Below, piece after piece: positions 17,601 through 27,816 of a stretch of 56,676 nucleotides of DNA. Numbering within the stretch: the stretch's first letter is position 1; every line of letters starts with the position of its first letter. The position numbers and the translations under genes were made by a program. Where the stretch lies: the IMG/VR virus record IMGVR_UViG_3300031760_000087, positions 1 through 56,676 of that record, one strand, 5' to 3'. This DNA comes from a virus. The notes under the pieces are model-generated. The model saw nothing but the letters and a program-made list of their open reading frames with translations. It was not told the origin of the DNA and ran no database searches.

Positions 17601-19072
17601 TTAGTGGAATCAATAAGTTTAACTGGAGATTCCAACAACAGATTGGCAAGTTGACTACATCAATTGATATTAACAAGGCTAATAATCTGATACATAGTGC
17701 TAATGCTATCAAGAATATTAATACTGCTATTCGCAATCTTGTTAAGGATATGAAAGCAGATGAGAACATTGTAAATACTGCTAATTTCAAGGTAAGTATC
17801 ACTAATCTTGGTACTCAAGTGGGTATTGTTAGTGGTTTCTTGGCTAGGATGGGTAAGTATAATGCTGATGCTTTCAGTTATAATAATTTTCAATCTATTG
17901 TGACTAGCATTAATAATATTAAGAATATCTCTGACAGTATGCAAAATTTGATGGGTAGTTTTACTTCAGAGAGTATTTTCGGTGCTTTGAAAAGGGCTAT
18001 TGTTGGTGGTACTACTGATTTAGGAGGTAGTCTTCAAAAACTTGCTCAACAAGTCAGTCAAGTTAAGACCTTTGTAACCCAAGTGAATGCCTATGGTATT
18101 GGAAATATCAATGTTAATCTTGCACCGATTAATACTGCTATTAATCAAGTCAGGGCAATCGGTAACAGTATGAATAACCTGACTAATACATTGACTACTA
18201 GTTTTGATTATACTACATTGGCTTATAACTTGTGGACTATGGGTAATGCTATAGTGCAGGTTAAGAAGTTTATGGATAGGGTTAATGCATCAGGAGTTGG
18301 CAATACAAACAAACAGAATGCAGTGGCAGGAATAAATGGATTGGTTACTCAATTGAAGAAGACACTTGATGAGTTTGCTAGTGAGGTTGCTAGTGCTAAA
18401 CAACAACTGCATACTGATGGTCAGACTCTTGGTAATAGTTTCAAACGAGGTTTAAGCAGTACAAGGGCAGGAACTATCAGTACTGCGAGGAGCATTATGA
18501 CTAGTGCAGTAGCAACTATTCGTTATTATGCTCAAAGGTTCTATCAGACTGGTCAATATAATGGTAAGCGATTGGATGCAGGTTTCAAGAGTGGTGTTAG
18601 TAAGCTTGGCAGTACCTTGAAAGGTAAATTGGATAGTATTATTAAAACTATCCGAGGTTATAGTGGTCAATTCTATAATGCAGGTGACCTCCTTGGTGGT
18701 AAATTCAGAGATGGATTCCTAGCAGGACTTGGTACTATTGATGTGAATAGCCATATTAATGGAAATGAGGGCAGTTATGGTGGTGAATATCGTAAGGTTC
18801 AAGATTTCAACCTCCAATCTGCAATGTTAAAACAAGCGAATAATAAGCAGACACCTAATGTCAAACAGACTGTTATCAAATCCGAGAAGACTACCACACA
18901 GACCGAGAAGACTGTTGAAAAGGATAAGAGTAAAGAACAAGCACCAGTTATTAATATTAGTTTTGAGGGTGCGATTATTAATGGATCAAATGAATTCAGG
19001 GAAAGTATTCAACAGATTGCAGAGGAAGTTATGCTTAATTACTTATCTCCTAATCCTGCAACTGGATACTAA
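14612..19072 (+). CDS. tape measure protein
   Basis: 1486 aa, with six ~39-aa N-terminal repeats and a Gly-rich hydrophobic centre (GGAIGGLGGKIAGLF...). Position is canonical. Confidence 0.85.
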   Translation: MPVEVVGGVEAKLSLDISQFTSAITTATEQAEKLSSGLANVKPNNTLDSNITKTEELITNLQQTIEGLASTVKSSFTNIDSTLTNHFNKPLIEAKKRAEEMTASITQFRTNYMETFEQGRISLEQLVNGFNELNISEEESIKLTKELEASITNAFANSTMSAMEYVYALKEIGVATSKNSYREALQQYRGMPTNASFVKQIKEYATSLKEGEVSAQEFAVKLKELGITSRELATISREVGGAYVESFKRGEMSVSELLMKFKELTFTESELYVYNQRMAVSFVQAFRNGAMSLEELVSSFKQLDTSAKQTEELTKLLEKTLTMAFKNGKLEAENYIRSLQEVGVATEEVALKTKGLGSTGSLLGAGSLSNSKNKGTGAGFGGVIDRTANLVKMMAMLEAFMGTWEATESYMESSSAIRGFYDLLSKRNDATKWNAKNLAEYNQRLSDLQGTYSKLNVRETGAEVMKIGQMYGLTAKEMYSNTKDLKKGQKDFVETALIFTDAMANEGRSARDSSLALKDLIDQGAGWSRRTQEVGITEDVLKAQKDKNGKAYWSGDKQDKKGLIEALGSAETQLHLDERAKQINTIEDGVQALYNSLGALLGGLLDLASPSLIQIFKQLSGIFFELNGYLVQFSGWFNSLKDTSPWLYNAGVWLGEIAIASGVGFLALKRFGGAIGGLGGKIAGLFKKVPSGGLLGRLFGSGSKGTGGIAEGTGGVVSETGGATRTLKSTLTNIKSNLLLEAEVFVSLVAGISMALATLWIASEELALLGQRYEQIKTNVNKGMTALRDYEKLIEDIYPMLIGFIAVSGILGAVAYTTEGLGLVAIGGGLLALVGFINVTVASLQTVGDRLAELGDHIGGQKANFDKGCKALKEIGEMMGVLAIAVGEMAKADWNALSDNIASALAKLTGGDALQDVLKLADKFNGNDSNSFISQFNAKTKNIGKLNTESAKKFSEVVKSVGEIFKGINELNKALKEEPQNPSQLLDQRGSHLGEIISGINKFNWRFQQQIGKLTTSIDINKANNLIHSANAIKNINTAIRNLVKDMKADENIVNTANFKVSITNLGTQVGIVSGFLARMGKYNADAFSYNNFQSIVTSINNIKNISDSMQNLMGSFTSESIFGALKRAIVGGTTDLGGSLQKLAQQVSQVKTFVTQVNAYGIGNINVNLAPINTAINQVRAIGNSMNNLTNTLTTSFDYTTLAYNLWTMGNAIVQVKKFMDRVNASGVGNTNKQNAVAGINGLVTQLKKTLDEFASEVASAKQQLHTDGQTLGNSFKRGLSSTRAGTISTARSIMTSAVATIRYYAQRFYQTGQYNGKRLDAGFKSGVSKLGSTLKGKLDSIIKTIRGYSGQFYNAGDLLGGKFRDGFLAGLGTIDVNSHINGNEGSYGGEYRKVQDFNLQSAMLKQANNKQTPNVKQTVIKSEKTTTQTEKTVEKDKSKEQAPVINISFEGAIINGSNEFRESIQQIAEEVMLNYLSPNPATGY

Positions 19073-19111
19073 ATTTTCCCTTTTTAATTTTTTAGGATAA
19101 TAATTATATAA

Positions 19112-19756
19112 TTGAGGTTATTGAGTATGGCAGATTTTTACAATTTTACATTCCAACCAAATTTCCACATTTGGAGAGATTTCAATGTTAAGTTCAATTG
19201 TCAACAAATGAACTGGACAGATACTGATAATGATAGTGTGATGGATATTGGAGAGAGAGCAGGTTTCAGATTGATACTTGCATCTAGCCTTTCTAATGTT
19301 GATATGGAGATTACTAGGGATGAGGATATTGGTGATGATAGTATCATTAATTATGATGGGTACTTGAATGCTGATGGTGAGCATATGACTAGTCTTGCTT
19401 TTGAGGGTCTTCGAGAGGAGGTTACTGATGAGAATAGTGAGGTTGAGTTTAAGTATTATTATAAGCCTATTTATTTGGATTTCCACGAGAGTGATGGTGG
19501 TTTTATTATTACTGTTGCAGGTACATCTAATGAGGGTGAGAATATTATTAGTGACAATACCGACATCACCCTTTCTATGCTTGGTGATAGTCCTCAAGAC
19601 CTAGAAGCCATCTTCATTGGAACTGATGAGTCTAATCCTTATATCCTTGCTTATGCAAAGGCTACTAATAAGGTTAAAGTTAGGGATGTTTTATCTATTC
19701 CACTAGACACACAAATCCTATCTGTTGGTGTTGATGAGTACGATGAGTATCAATAA
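19112..19756 (+). CDS. distal tail protein candidate (likely start ATG 19127)
   Basis: First gene after the tape measure. Synteny only. Confidence 0.45.
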   Translation: MRLLSMADFYNFTFQPNFHIWRDFNVKFNCQQMNWTDTDNDSVMDIGERAGFRLILASSLSNVDMEITRDEDIGDDSIINYDGYLNADGEHMTSLAFEGLREEVTDENSEVEFKYYYKPIYLDFHESDGGFIITVAGTSNEGENIISDNTDITLSMLGDSPQDLEAIFIGTDESNPYILAYAKATNKVKVRDVLSIPLDTQILSVGVDEYDEYQ

Positions 19757-19776
19757 TACTGGGGGTTGGATAATTT

Positions 19777-22700
19777 ATGAGTTATCAAACAATCGAACCA
19801 GTTAGTGTAAGTCAATCTGATGAGAACAGATTATGGTATAATCTTGCTACTCTTGTACCAACTGATACTGTGTATGATAATACTACAGAGTTGGTGCAGA
19901 CTAGGAGTGGTTATGCCGAGTGCATCTTGAATGGTTTCTATTATGATGAGAATAAGCCTAATAGTTTGACTTTTGATTTCGGAAGTACCGAGATAACCGA
20001 TACCACTAATATCAATAATGTCAGGTTCTACTTCAGGATGTATGTCATTGGCGATGGCAGAACCAATATGGTTTCACAGACTCCGAAACCGAATGTGAAA
20101 CTGTGGACTAATCTTGACCCTGATAGGACTTATGATTGGCACGATAGTGATGAGTATTTGAAGCTTGTTGATGAGATGGATCATAATTATTATGTGGATG
20201 CAGAGGCTAGTTATTTGAATGATAATTATGATAGTGGTTATATTGATTTTACTGTGACCTTTAATAATACTAGTATGGGTAATGTCTTGTCTTCAGGTTT
20301 CTTCAATAATGGGTTCGGTATTAGTTTGGAGTTTCCTCCGAGCAAGTGTATGGTCGAGCATCGCATCATCTTCGAGAGCTTGTATTGTGTATTGAATTAT
20401 GGTACTGATGGTGGAATGACTGTTACTAGTGATAATAGTGAAACTTATACAGTTAATACCTTGAATACTATTCAATTTACTATTGTTGAGGATACTGATG
20501 TTGATAGTAGGATCAGTTTCGAGGCAGAGGGTGATGGGTTATATATTAATCCTTACAATAATGTGGGGGTTGAAAATGGTCACCCAATCAGTACTGATGA
20601 CCCTTATAAGTTTGCAGAGGTGCAGACCTATGGTGGTAATACTGTTGTTGTTACCTTGCATTTTGTTCCGACAAAGACTGGTGATTGTAGTTTCAAGGTT
20701 ACTGTTAATGAGGAGTTGACTCCAAGAGTATTCAATTTTACTGTTGTTAGTAATGATGAGGATAGTTATTATCCAGTTTATAATTTTGAAGAAGATACTC
20801 TGACTTTTTATGGTGACTTCACAAGTAATCCTGAAGAGTATGTGACTAATGGAACACCTGCAACCTACTTTGAATATATTAAGAAAGTTACATTAACAAG
20901 GAGGCATATCACAAAGTATGCTTATAAAACCACCTCCATTGTAGCAGAGGGTACAACTCCAACATATACTAATCACACAATAGATGTGGATGTATATCTG
21001 TATAATGTTAATGTTGAGTTATGGAATAAAGGAATGATAACCATAACTGATGGGTTTTTTACATCTGAAAGCAACGAACCAATAACAACTATGGTTGGTG
21101 GAGGATTAATTAGTGGAGGAGATAGGGTTCTCCCATCAGGATATCAAGGTGACATTATAATTTCCACAAATGATGACTCCATCACTATACCATTAAACAC
21201 ATCTAATCTTTCAAATGTTACATCTACAAGAAATGATCCAATATATAATGATATATCAACAAGAGAAGAAGCTTTTAATTATATGATGGATGGTACACCC
21301 CACACATACTCAACTGGGAATGTAACACAATATGAGGGAACATACCCACAGACTGTTAAAACTTACACCCCAAGTAATAGTGTTTATGATAGTTTATTGG
21401 AGATTCATAACATTGGCACTACTGATGTTCAGGGAATAACCACACCATTATTCAGTATTGATAATGTTGAAGTGTATAGGAAGTATTCAAGTGGGAATTA
21501 TAGATTATTAGACCCTCATTTCTACTCATTAACAACAAACAATAATGAACTATTATTGAAGACTTTTGAGGGCAGATACTACGAGGATAATGAGTTTCCA
21601 AACAGTACTATTCAAGATATCAAATCATACAATAAGGATTATCACGATAAGGTAGTAGTCCACATAACACCTTTAAGGAACGAATACCATTTCCAATTAA
21701 CTAGTCAAGGAATGAGCAACACCACAACACAAAAAACCAACACCTACTACCAACTCTTTTCCCCAAACAAGTACACAACTGGCTCTGTCTTGAACATCCT
21801 CCCTGCAACTGCTTATATGCAAGAGAGGACAAAGGTCACAATTGAAAACTTCGCAACTGGTGAGAATGATATAATCCATTACTATGCCTACATTAAAGAT
21901 GGTGTGCAGATACCTAAAAAGGATGCCCTGAATCCTGATGGTACACTTAAAGAGGGTGTGACTTTTGAGGAAGTGACCGAAGATGAAGCTTATGTTACTT
22001 ACTACTGGTTCAACAATACTGCTTTCTCCGAAGAAGAAGTATTGACCTTGATAAGTGACTTTGAAGACTGTACTCTTGGACTTGACCCAAGCCAATACGA
22101 GAACCTAGGAACTACTAATGTTCGTATGATGAGATTGATGAGAACAACAATCATACCAAAATACGAGTCTGTTCTTTCATTGGATTTCAGTAAATGCCAT
22201 TTCATTCTCAAGAAACCAAGAAGCGATATCAGAGTAGAATTGCCAGTTCCTTACATTGGAGCAGTAAGATTGCATCGTTGCCATAAGGCTGATGTAACAA
22301 ACACAACCACCAATAGCCTAATCCGAGAGGTATATCAGAATCGCCAATACTATGGTAAGAAAGGAGATTGGGAAGAGAAAATCACAATGACTCTTCGTAT
22401 GCCTTGGCAGGACATCGTAACATTACAAGGACACACAAGAGCCGATATGCCAATCCCAATCGACATTAACCCCTTACACCCTGATGGTGACCCATTAAAC
22501 CATAGAGGATGGGCAGAGATAAGCAGTACTGGAGAAATCAGTAAAATCAATGATATGCTCTACCAATGCAAACCTGAAGTAACCTACTTAACCCACGAGT
22601 TGATTGGAAGATTTGCTATTACTCAAGATCCTGATAGAATCTGTGACCAAGACCCTCCGATTAATATGTTGAAGACTCACGAGTATTGGGAAGATGACAG

Positions 22701-25700
22701 AGAAGTATTGGATTTAAGCAGTTACTTGAACTTCCATAATATGCCAATCGGCGATGGAATGTTTAAGGGTGTTTATACTGTTGCAGATGACAATGAATAT
22801 GTCTTTGATTTGAAAGGAACTGTTTCCAGTATAGGCAGATATAATTGGAGATGGAGAAACATTCTTCCTGCATTGGGTACTACTGCTCACGATGATAATC
22901 GTTGGCAGACTGCTATCAGGGTATTGGGTGCATCTGATGATTCCCTGCTCTTCGAGTACTTGTATAAAGATTTCAAACACTATGATGGTGACAACCTACT
23001 CAATGAATCTGATGTAAGAGTACTACACAAGAATCCAGTAACTGGCTTACTTGACACCATTGATTACACTCATATGAACCTTGACTTCGATGAAGTTGGA
23101 GCAGAAGTCAGTATTGATAAGACAAACACTTATATTGAGATTCCAAAGCAAGACCAAACCTTGTTTGAAAAGGGTAGGAACTTATACTTCACATTAAGGG
23201 ATAGCAAAGGTTATGGAATACCTAATAAGGATGTTGATGTTAACATTATTAATAATCACGATGAGGTTATCTATTCAATCCCTGCCTTGACTGATGTAAA
23301 TGGAAATAGGGATGTTGAATTGAACCTTGAGAGTGGAGATTATACTGCTCAATTGTTGTTTAGTGGGGATGATGAGTACAATCCTTGTTCAATCGAGTAT
23401 TACTTTACTGTTGACTTGGTATACAGACAAGGAACAGAACTTGCTATATACAATGAATATGGAGGATATGGATACGATATCAACAATGAATACCTCAAAG
23501 GCAGACTCTTAACCGATGATGACCGACCAATAGCAGGTGAAAAAGTCTATGTAACAGTATACGAATACAAGACAATAAAAGCCAGTAATGGAAAAACCAC
23601 TAAAACATTCAAAGTCAAGGAAGCCATATCCCCTGAAATAGAATGTACTACAAGCAGTACTGGATGGTACAAATGCAAAGCAAACCAATTCTGTGTTGAA
23701 GCTGGAACATTCAATGTAGAGGCTATTTATAAGGGAACAGATTATTACCAAAGGAATAGTTACTCAAGAGATTTCACAATGCGAAAATGGTACAAGCATA
23801 AAGTCACCATAACTACTAGCGACCAAAAGTACGAGCAGGGTAAGAAGTATAATTTTGTAGCAACCTTGAAAGACCATAAAGGAAAACCAATCAAAGGAGA
23901 AACCTTAAGATTTGGTATCCATAATTTTGAGAAAGGTATTAATCAAAGATTCGCTATCAAGACTGATAAGAATGGTCAAGCAAAGATTCCAGTTATGTTC
24001 AATAGTGGAAATCATAGTATTGATACTTATTACTTCGGTAGCAGTAAGTATGAGTATAGTCCTGCTAGAAACACTAACAAGATAACTACTTATGCAAAGG
24101 GCAAGGAAACAACCACTATAACTGCATATATGATGCACATTGTAGATTATGTGAATGATGAGTACAATGCTTGGTTAAAAGACAGTAGTGGTAAAGGAAT
24201 CCCTAATGTTCCAATCACATTTGAAATATATGATTATGAGAAACAATCCAAGAAAGCAACAGAGAGTGGAGTGAATAGTGGTAAGCTTGGAAAACTACGA
24301 GAAAGAGGAACACGATTGACTGATGCTAGTGGTCAAGCAGAATGGAACATCAATTTACCTACTGGGGATTATATTGGTTATGCTACTTATAATGGAGATA
24401 ACAAGTATGCTAAATCCAGTAGAGGAAGAGCAATCTATATTAGCAGACCAAACACTACCCATAATATGAACATCACATTCCCACAAGCAGTTGGAGGGGC
24501 AATACAAGTTACAAGGGATGAGCAGACTGGTGACCTATCACCAATTGTCATACAATTAACTGCAACTCCAAAACTTGGTGGAATAAGCACCAACCCAAAA
24601 GGAATTGATGCAAAAATCACATACACAAACCTTGCTAATGGAAAGCAATATGATGGATCAACAGTAAACACTACTATCACAAGTGATGACAATGGTCAGA
24701 TAACAATCTACCCTAACCTTGAAAAAGGCAACTATCGTATGAATATCGAAACATATGGAGCTTCAATTGATAAGAACCACGATGGTGTGTTTGAAACAGT
24801 ATTCGCAGGTAAGGAGTCAAGTGTTACTTTGAATGTGACTAATGATTGTTATATGGATACTTTGATTGATGTTGTTGAGGCTAATAATAATGTTGTTCAT
24901 ATTCGCAAGGATAGTGGTGAACCTATAAGGATACTCTTGAAAGGTATTGATGAGGCTACTGGAGAACCTTTCCTTATTCCGAATAAGAGAGTTAGTGTGC
25001 AGTACACTTACGAGGATTTGACTAATAGGAAGACAGTTACTTCAAGCAAGGAATACTTCACAACTGATGAAAATGGATTAATCAATTACACTAGGAAAAT
25101 AGGTTATACTGGAACATTAACAATCAGTTATAGTGGAGATGTTGGTTATGATAGTTGCTTGAAAACAGTAACTGTGAATGTACACGATAAAAGCCAGTAT
25201 ACTTCACATTTCAGTTACAAGATGAACACCGACACCATAAGGTATGAAGCCTTGCCTTTAAACATAAGAAGCTTCTATAAAAATGGTGACACCAAGTATC
25301 CTACCTCAAATACACGAGTGAGGATTCAAGTTACTCATAGCGACCCATTAGTTTATGATAAAAGTTTCATTAGATACACAGATGGTAATGGTTATATTGA
25401 TATTAATCTTGTTTTCCCTGAAAATGGTAAGTACACTATTAAATTGTATGCTATTCAAGAGGTTAATGATGTGACTTCAGAGGTTCTTGTCAAGACATTG
25501 CCAGTTGTTAGTGTGGATGGTGCAGACAAGGGTACAGACACAGAGCCAGTAGAATACCTGCCTAACAAATTACCTACTACTCTTGAATTCGTAAGCCCTG
25601 ACTTAAGTGTTGGTGGATTAGTCAAAGAACCAATCCAACATACTGTGACTAGATTCCCATACCTACTCAAAGCAAAAGTCAGTTACTTCGATGAGGGAGT

Positions 25701-27816
25701 AGAAAGAGTACTGCCAAACCATCGTTGCAGAATATACTTCACATTAACCAATGGAGTAATTGAAGAGTATCAGAGATATACTGATACTGATGGAGTAATG
25801 ACATATGAGAGTTTACCTCTTGCTTATGGTGAATACCCAGTAACCATCGAGGTAGAAACTGATGACACATATGCAACAAGCAACATCAACACAGTATTAA
25901 TCGTTACAGAAGAAGCCGAGAAAAGCTTCGATAGTCCATCACCTGCAAAAGCACACTTGCAGAAGAAGAAAGGACAAGTAACACCATTGGAAACACCACT
26001 TGTGGAAACTTATGATGGTATTGAGTATGGATCAACTGCCGAGATGACATTCGATGGAAACTTATTGGATTTCCAAGATTATGGTTTGACACAGAACACT
26101 ACTCAAGTTGGAGCGAAAATAAGTCTTACTGATATTGAATTGCCGAAAGATGAGAAAGGTTACAAGTTGCAGTTCTTGACTAGGTATAATAATGATGTTG
26201 ACAATACTGTTGATGAGTTATTAGGAACATTGCAAGTTGAAATAACAGATGACAAAATAAGCAAACTATACCAACAATTCTATGAGAACCTAGTTGTATC
26301 CCCTGCTCCACTATACAACCATAAATTAATGTTCACTAGAGAGGCTGAAGATGGAACACTCTACTACTACGATGTAACAAGCAACATTGATGTGAAACGA
26401 TACAGACTTTCCCCATTCCTACAATATAAAGGTGGAGTAAACCTAGAAACTGCATCAGGGGTAAGCATCTTCGACCTAGAAACTGGAGTAAGTCCAGTTA
26501 TAATCAATAATGGATTAGTAAAGGCAGAATTCAACAAGAGAAGTGGATTCGTAAGAGTAGCAAGATACGATGACAGAACAAAAACTTGGAACTGGGTCAG
26601 ATGGCTACAAGTCGAGGAAAACTTCTACAAGATGGAATTACTCCATTATTCAACTGATAAGATAAGCTTGAAAATGGGCAACACTATTTGGACTGTATGG
26701 AGAGGCAGACCTTGGATAGAAATCAAGCACGAAGATGATGATATTAGGATCATCGGAGAAACCAATAAGACTTATGCCGAAATCCTCCATAACGATACAA
26801 GGTATCAGATAATGAGTGAGGTTGACACTCATAATGGAATATTCAATACCTACAATGCAATCAATTACCTTGGTAAGGAATTGAATATCACAGAGAATAT
26901 TAAAAAGGATAACTTCACAGTTACTGGTGCAACTGCATCTACTCCAATCGATATATCATTGATTGGTGAAACTTGTCTTAAAGTGGATGCTAATAGTGAT
27001 GAGTACCATATCAAACTTCCTCAAGTACAAAGACCATCAGATGACATCTTCACATTCCTCATAGACAGATTGAAGATGGATAATGTTGATAATATCAAGA
27101 TTACCTGCAATGCTTATGATACCAAGGGTGGAGAGTTTGTAGCAAGTGCAAGTAGGGAATTTGATGTTGAAACTACTGGAGATGAAACAGTAACAGACCT
27201 TGTTAGTGATGGCAGACTGAATACTGGTTTCAGGTCAGTATTCGACCTATCAGATTTCAAAGACACCAATAATAATTCAATAAAGGAAACCACTTACTGG
27301 CATAATAATGAACAAGTAAGTAAAGAAGATGCATATGTCACCATAATTGATGAGGAAGATGGCACTACATATACAGAGCTTAAGGAAAATATTGAGATTA
27401 AGGAAACTTTCGGTGCGAAGTATGAGAAGTGTAACTTCCTTGAGTTTGATATTGAGTTGCATAAGACTGTTAGTGGTAATAACAGTTATGCGATAATCAA
27501 TCATTTAATGTTGTCTGATGGTGATAACAGAATAGGTTATATGGTTGATAACAGACTTGATGGAATCAGCAATCAAGCAATCGCTTTCACAAATACTTTC
27601 TATACTAACCTCTACAATAGTTTCGAGAGTTTCGGTTTATGTATATTAAGACCTTATCGTGACCAAATCTACTTACATAAACTGCCGAAGAGCAAGTGTA
27701 CTGTTCTGATCCCATACAATCGATTCTGCAAGAAATATGACAGCCCAAGTTATGTCTGTCTTGAATATGTATTCACCCATAACCAAACAACAAGCTTGAT
27801 AGGGGATGAGTACTGA
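19777..27816 (+). CDS. giant tail-tip / adhesin-like protein (2679 aa) with about 8 tandem Ig-like repeats
   Basis: The repeat signature (K/R)D..G.(P)I....V.. ... TD.(N/D/S)G.. ... G.Y ... Y.G(D/S)..Y recurs about 8 times between nt 23185 and 25905. Position after the distal tail protein fits. Confidence 0.7.
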   Translation: MSYQTIEPVSVSQSDENRLWYNLATLVPTDTVYDNTTELVQTRSGYAECILNGFYYDENKPNSLTFDFGSTEITDTTNINNVRFYFRMYVIGDGRTNMVSQTPKPNVKLWTNLDPDRTYDWHDSDEYLKLVDEMDHNYYVDAEASYLNDNYDSGYIDFTVTFNNTSMGNVLSSGFFNNGFGISLEFPPSKCMVEHRIIFESLYCVLNYGTDGGMTVTSDNSETYTVNTLNTIQFTIVEDTDVDSRISFEAEGDGLYINPYNNVGVENGHPISTDDPYKFAEVQTYGGNTVVVTLHFVPTKTGDCSFKVTVNEELTPRVFNFTVVSNDEDSYYPVYNFEEDTLTFYGDFTSNPEEYVTNGTPATYFEYIKKVTLTRRHITKYAYKTTSIVAEGTTPTYTNHTIDVDVYLYNVNVELWNKGMITITDGFFTSESNEPITTMVGGGLISGGDRVLPSGYQGDIIISTNDDSITIPLNTSNLSNVTSTRNDPIYNDISTREEAFNYMMDGTPHTYSTGNVTQYEGTYPQTVKTYTPSNSVYDSLLEIHNIGTTDVQGITTPLFSIDNVEVYRKYSSGNYRLLDPHFYSLTTNNNELLLKTFEGRYYEDNEFPNSTIQDIKSYNKDYHDKVVVHITPLRNEYHFQLTSQGMSNTTTQKTNTYYQLFSPNKYTTGSVLNILPATAYMQERTKVTIENFATGENDIIHYYAYIKDGVQIPKKDALNPDGTLKEGVTFEEVTEDEAYVTYYWFNNTAFSEEEVLTLISDFEDCTLGLDPSQYENLGTTNVRMMRLMRTTIIPKYESVLSLDFSKCHFILKKPRSDIRVELPVPYIGAVRLHRCHKADVTNTTTNSLIREVYQNRQYYGKKGDWEEKITMTLRMPWQDIVTLQGHTRADMPIPIDINPLHPDGDPLNHRGWAEISSTGEISKINDMLYQCKPEVTYLTHELIGRFAITQDPDRICDQDPPINMLKTHEYWEDDREVLDLSSYLNFHNMPIGDGMFKGVYTVADDNEYVFDLKGTVSSIGRYNWRWRNILPALGTTAHDDNRWQTAIRVLGASDDSLLFEYLYKDFKHYDGDNLLNESDVRVLHKNPVTGLLDTIDYTHMNLDFDEVGAEVSIDKTNTYIEIPKQDQTLFEKGRNLYFTLRDSKGYGIPNKDVDVNIINNHDEVIYSIPALTDVNGNRDVELNLESGDYTAQLLFSGDDEYNPCSIEYYFTVDLVYRQGTELAIYNEYGGYGYDINNEYLKGRLLTDDDRPIAGEKVYVTVYEYKTIKASNGKTTKTFKVKEAISPEIECTTSSTGWYKCKANQFCVEAGTFNVEAIYKGTDYYQRNSYSRDFTMRKWYKHKVTITTSDQKYEQGKKYNFVATLKDHKGKPIKGETLRFGIHNFEKGINQRFAIKTDKNGQAKIPVMFNSGNHSIDTYYFGSSKYEYSPARNTNKITTYAKGKETTTITAYMMHIVDYVNDEYNAWLKDSSGKGIPNVPITFEIYDYEKQSKKATESGVNSGKLGKLRERGTRLTDASGQAEWNINLPTGDYIGYATYNGDNKYAKSSRGRAIYISRPNTTHNMNITFPQAVGGAIQVTRDEQTGDLSPIVIQLTATPKLGGISTNPKGIDAKITYTNLANGKQYDGSTVNTTITSDDNGQITIYPNLEKGNYRMNIETYGASIDKNHDGVFETVFAGKESSVTLNVTNDCYMDTLIDVVEANNNVVHIRKDSGEPIRILLKGIDEATGEPFLIPNKRVSVQYTYEDLTNRKTVTSSKEYFTTDENGLINYTRKIGYTGTLTISYSGDVGYDSCLKTVTVNVHDKSQYTSHFSYKMNTDTIRYEALPLNIRSFYKNGDTKYPTSNTRVRIQVTHSDPLVYDKSFIRYTDGNGYIDINLVFPENGKYTIKLYAIQEVNDVTSEVLVKTLPVVSVDGADKGTDTEPVEYLPNKLPTTLEFVSPDLSVGGLVKEPIQHTVTRFPYLLKAKVSYFDEGVERVLPNHRCRIYFTLTNGVIEEYQRYTDTDGVMTYESLPLAYGEYPVTIEVETDDTYATSNINTVLIVTEEAEKSFDSPSPAKAHLQKKKGQVTPLETPLVETYDGIEYGSTAEMTFDGNLLDFQDYGLTQNTTQVGAKISLTDIELPKDEKGYKLQFLTRYNNDVDNTVDELLGTLQVEITDDKISKLYQQFYENLVVSPAPLYNHKLMFTREAEDGTLYYYDVTSNIDVKRYRLSPFLQYKGGVNLETASGVSIFDLETGVSPVIINNGLVKAEFNKRSGFVRVARYDDRTKTWNWVRWLQVEENFYKMELLHYSTDKISLKMGNTIWTVWRGRPWIEIKHEDDDIRIIGETNKTYAEILHNDTRYQIMSEVDTHNGIFNTYNAINYLGKELNITENIKKDNFTVTGATASTPIDISLIGETCLKVDANSDEYHIKLPQVQRPSDDIFTFLIDRLKMDNVDNIKITCNAYDTKGGEFVASASREFDVETTGDETVTDLVSDGRLNTGFRSVFDLSDFKDTNNNSIKETTYWHNNEQVSKEDAYVTIIDEEDGTTYTELKENIEIKETFGAKYEKCNFLEFDIELHKTVSGNNSYAIINHLMLSDGDNRIGYMVDNRLDGISNQAIAFTNTFYTNLYNSFESFGLCILRPYRDQIYLHKLPKSKCTVLIPYNRFCKKYDSPSYVCLEYVFTHNQTTSLIGDEY

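Noticed and set aside
18858-19100. 80-aa alternate-frame ORF at the end of the tape measure gene
   Set aside because: It is embedded out of frame and has an R/L-rich low-complexity translation.
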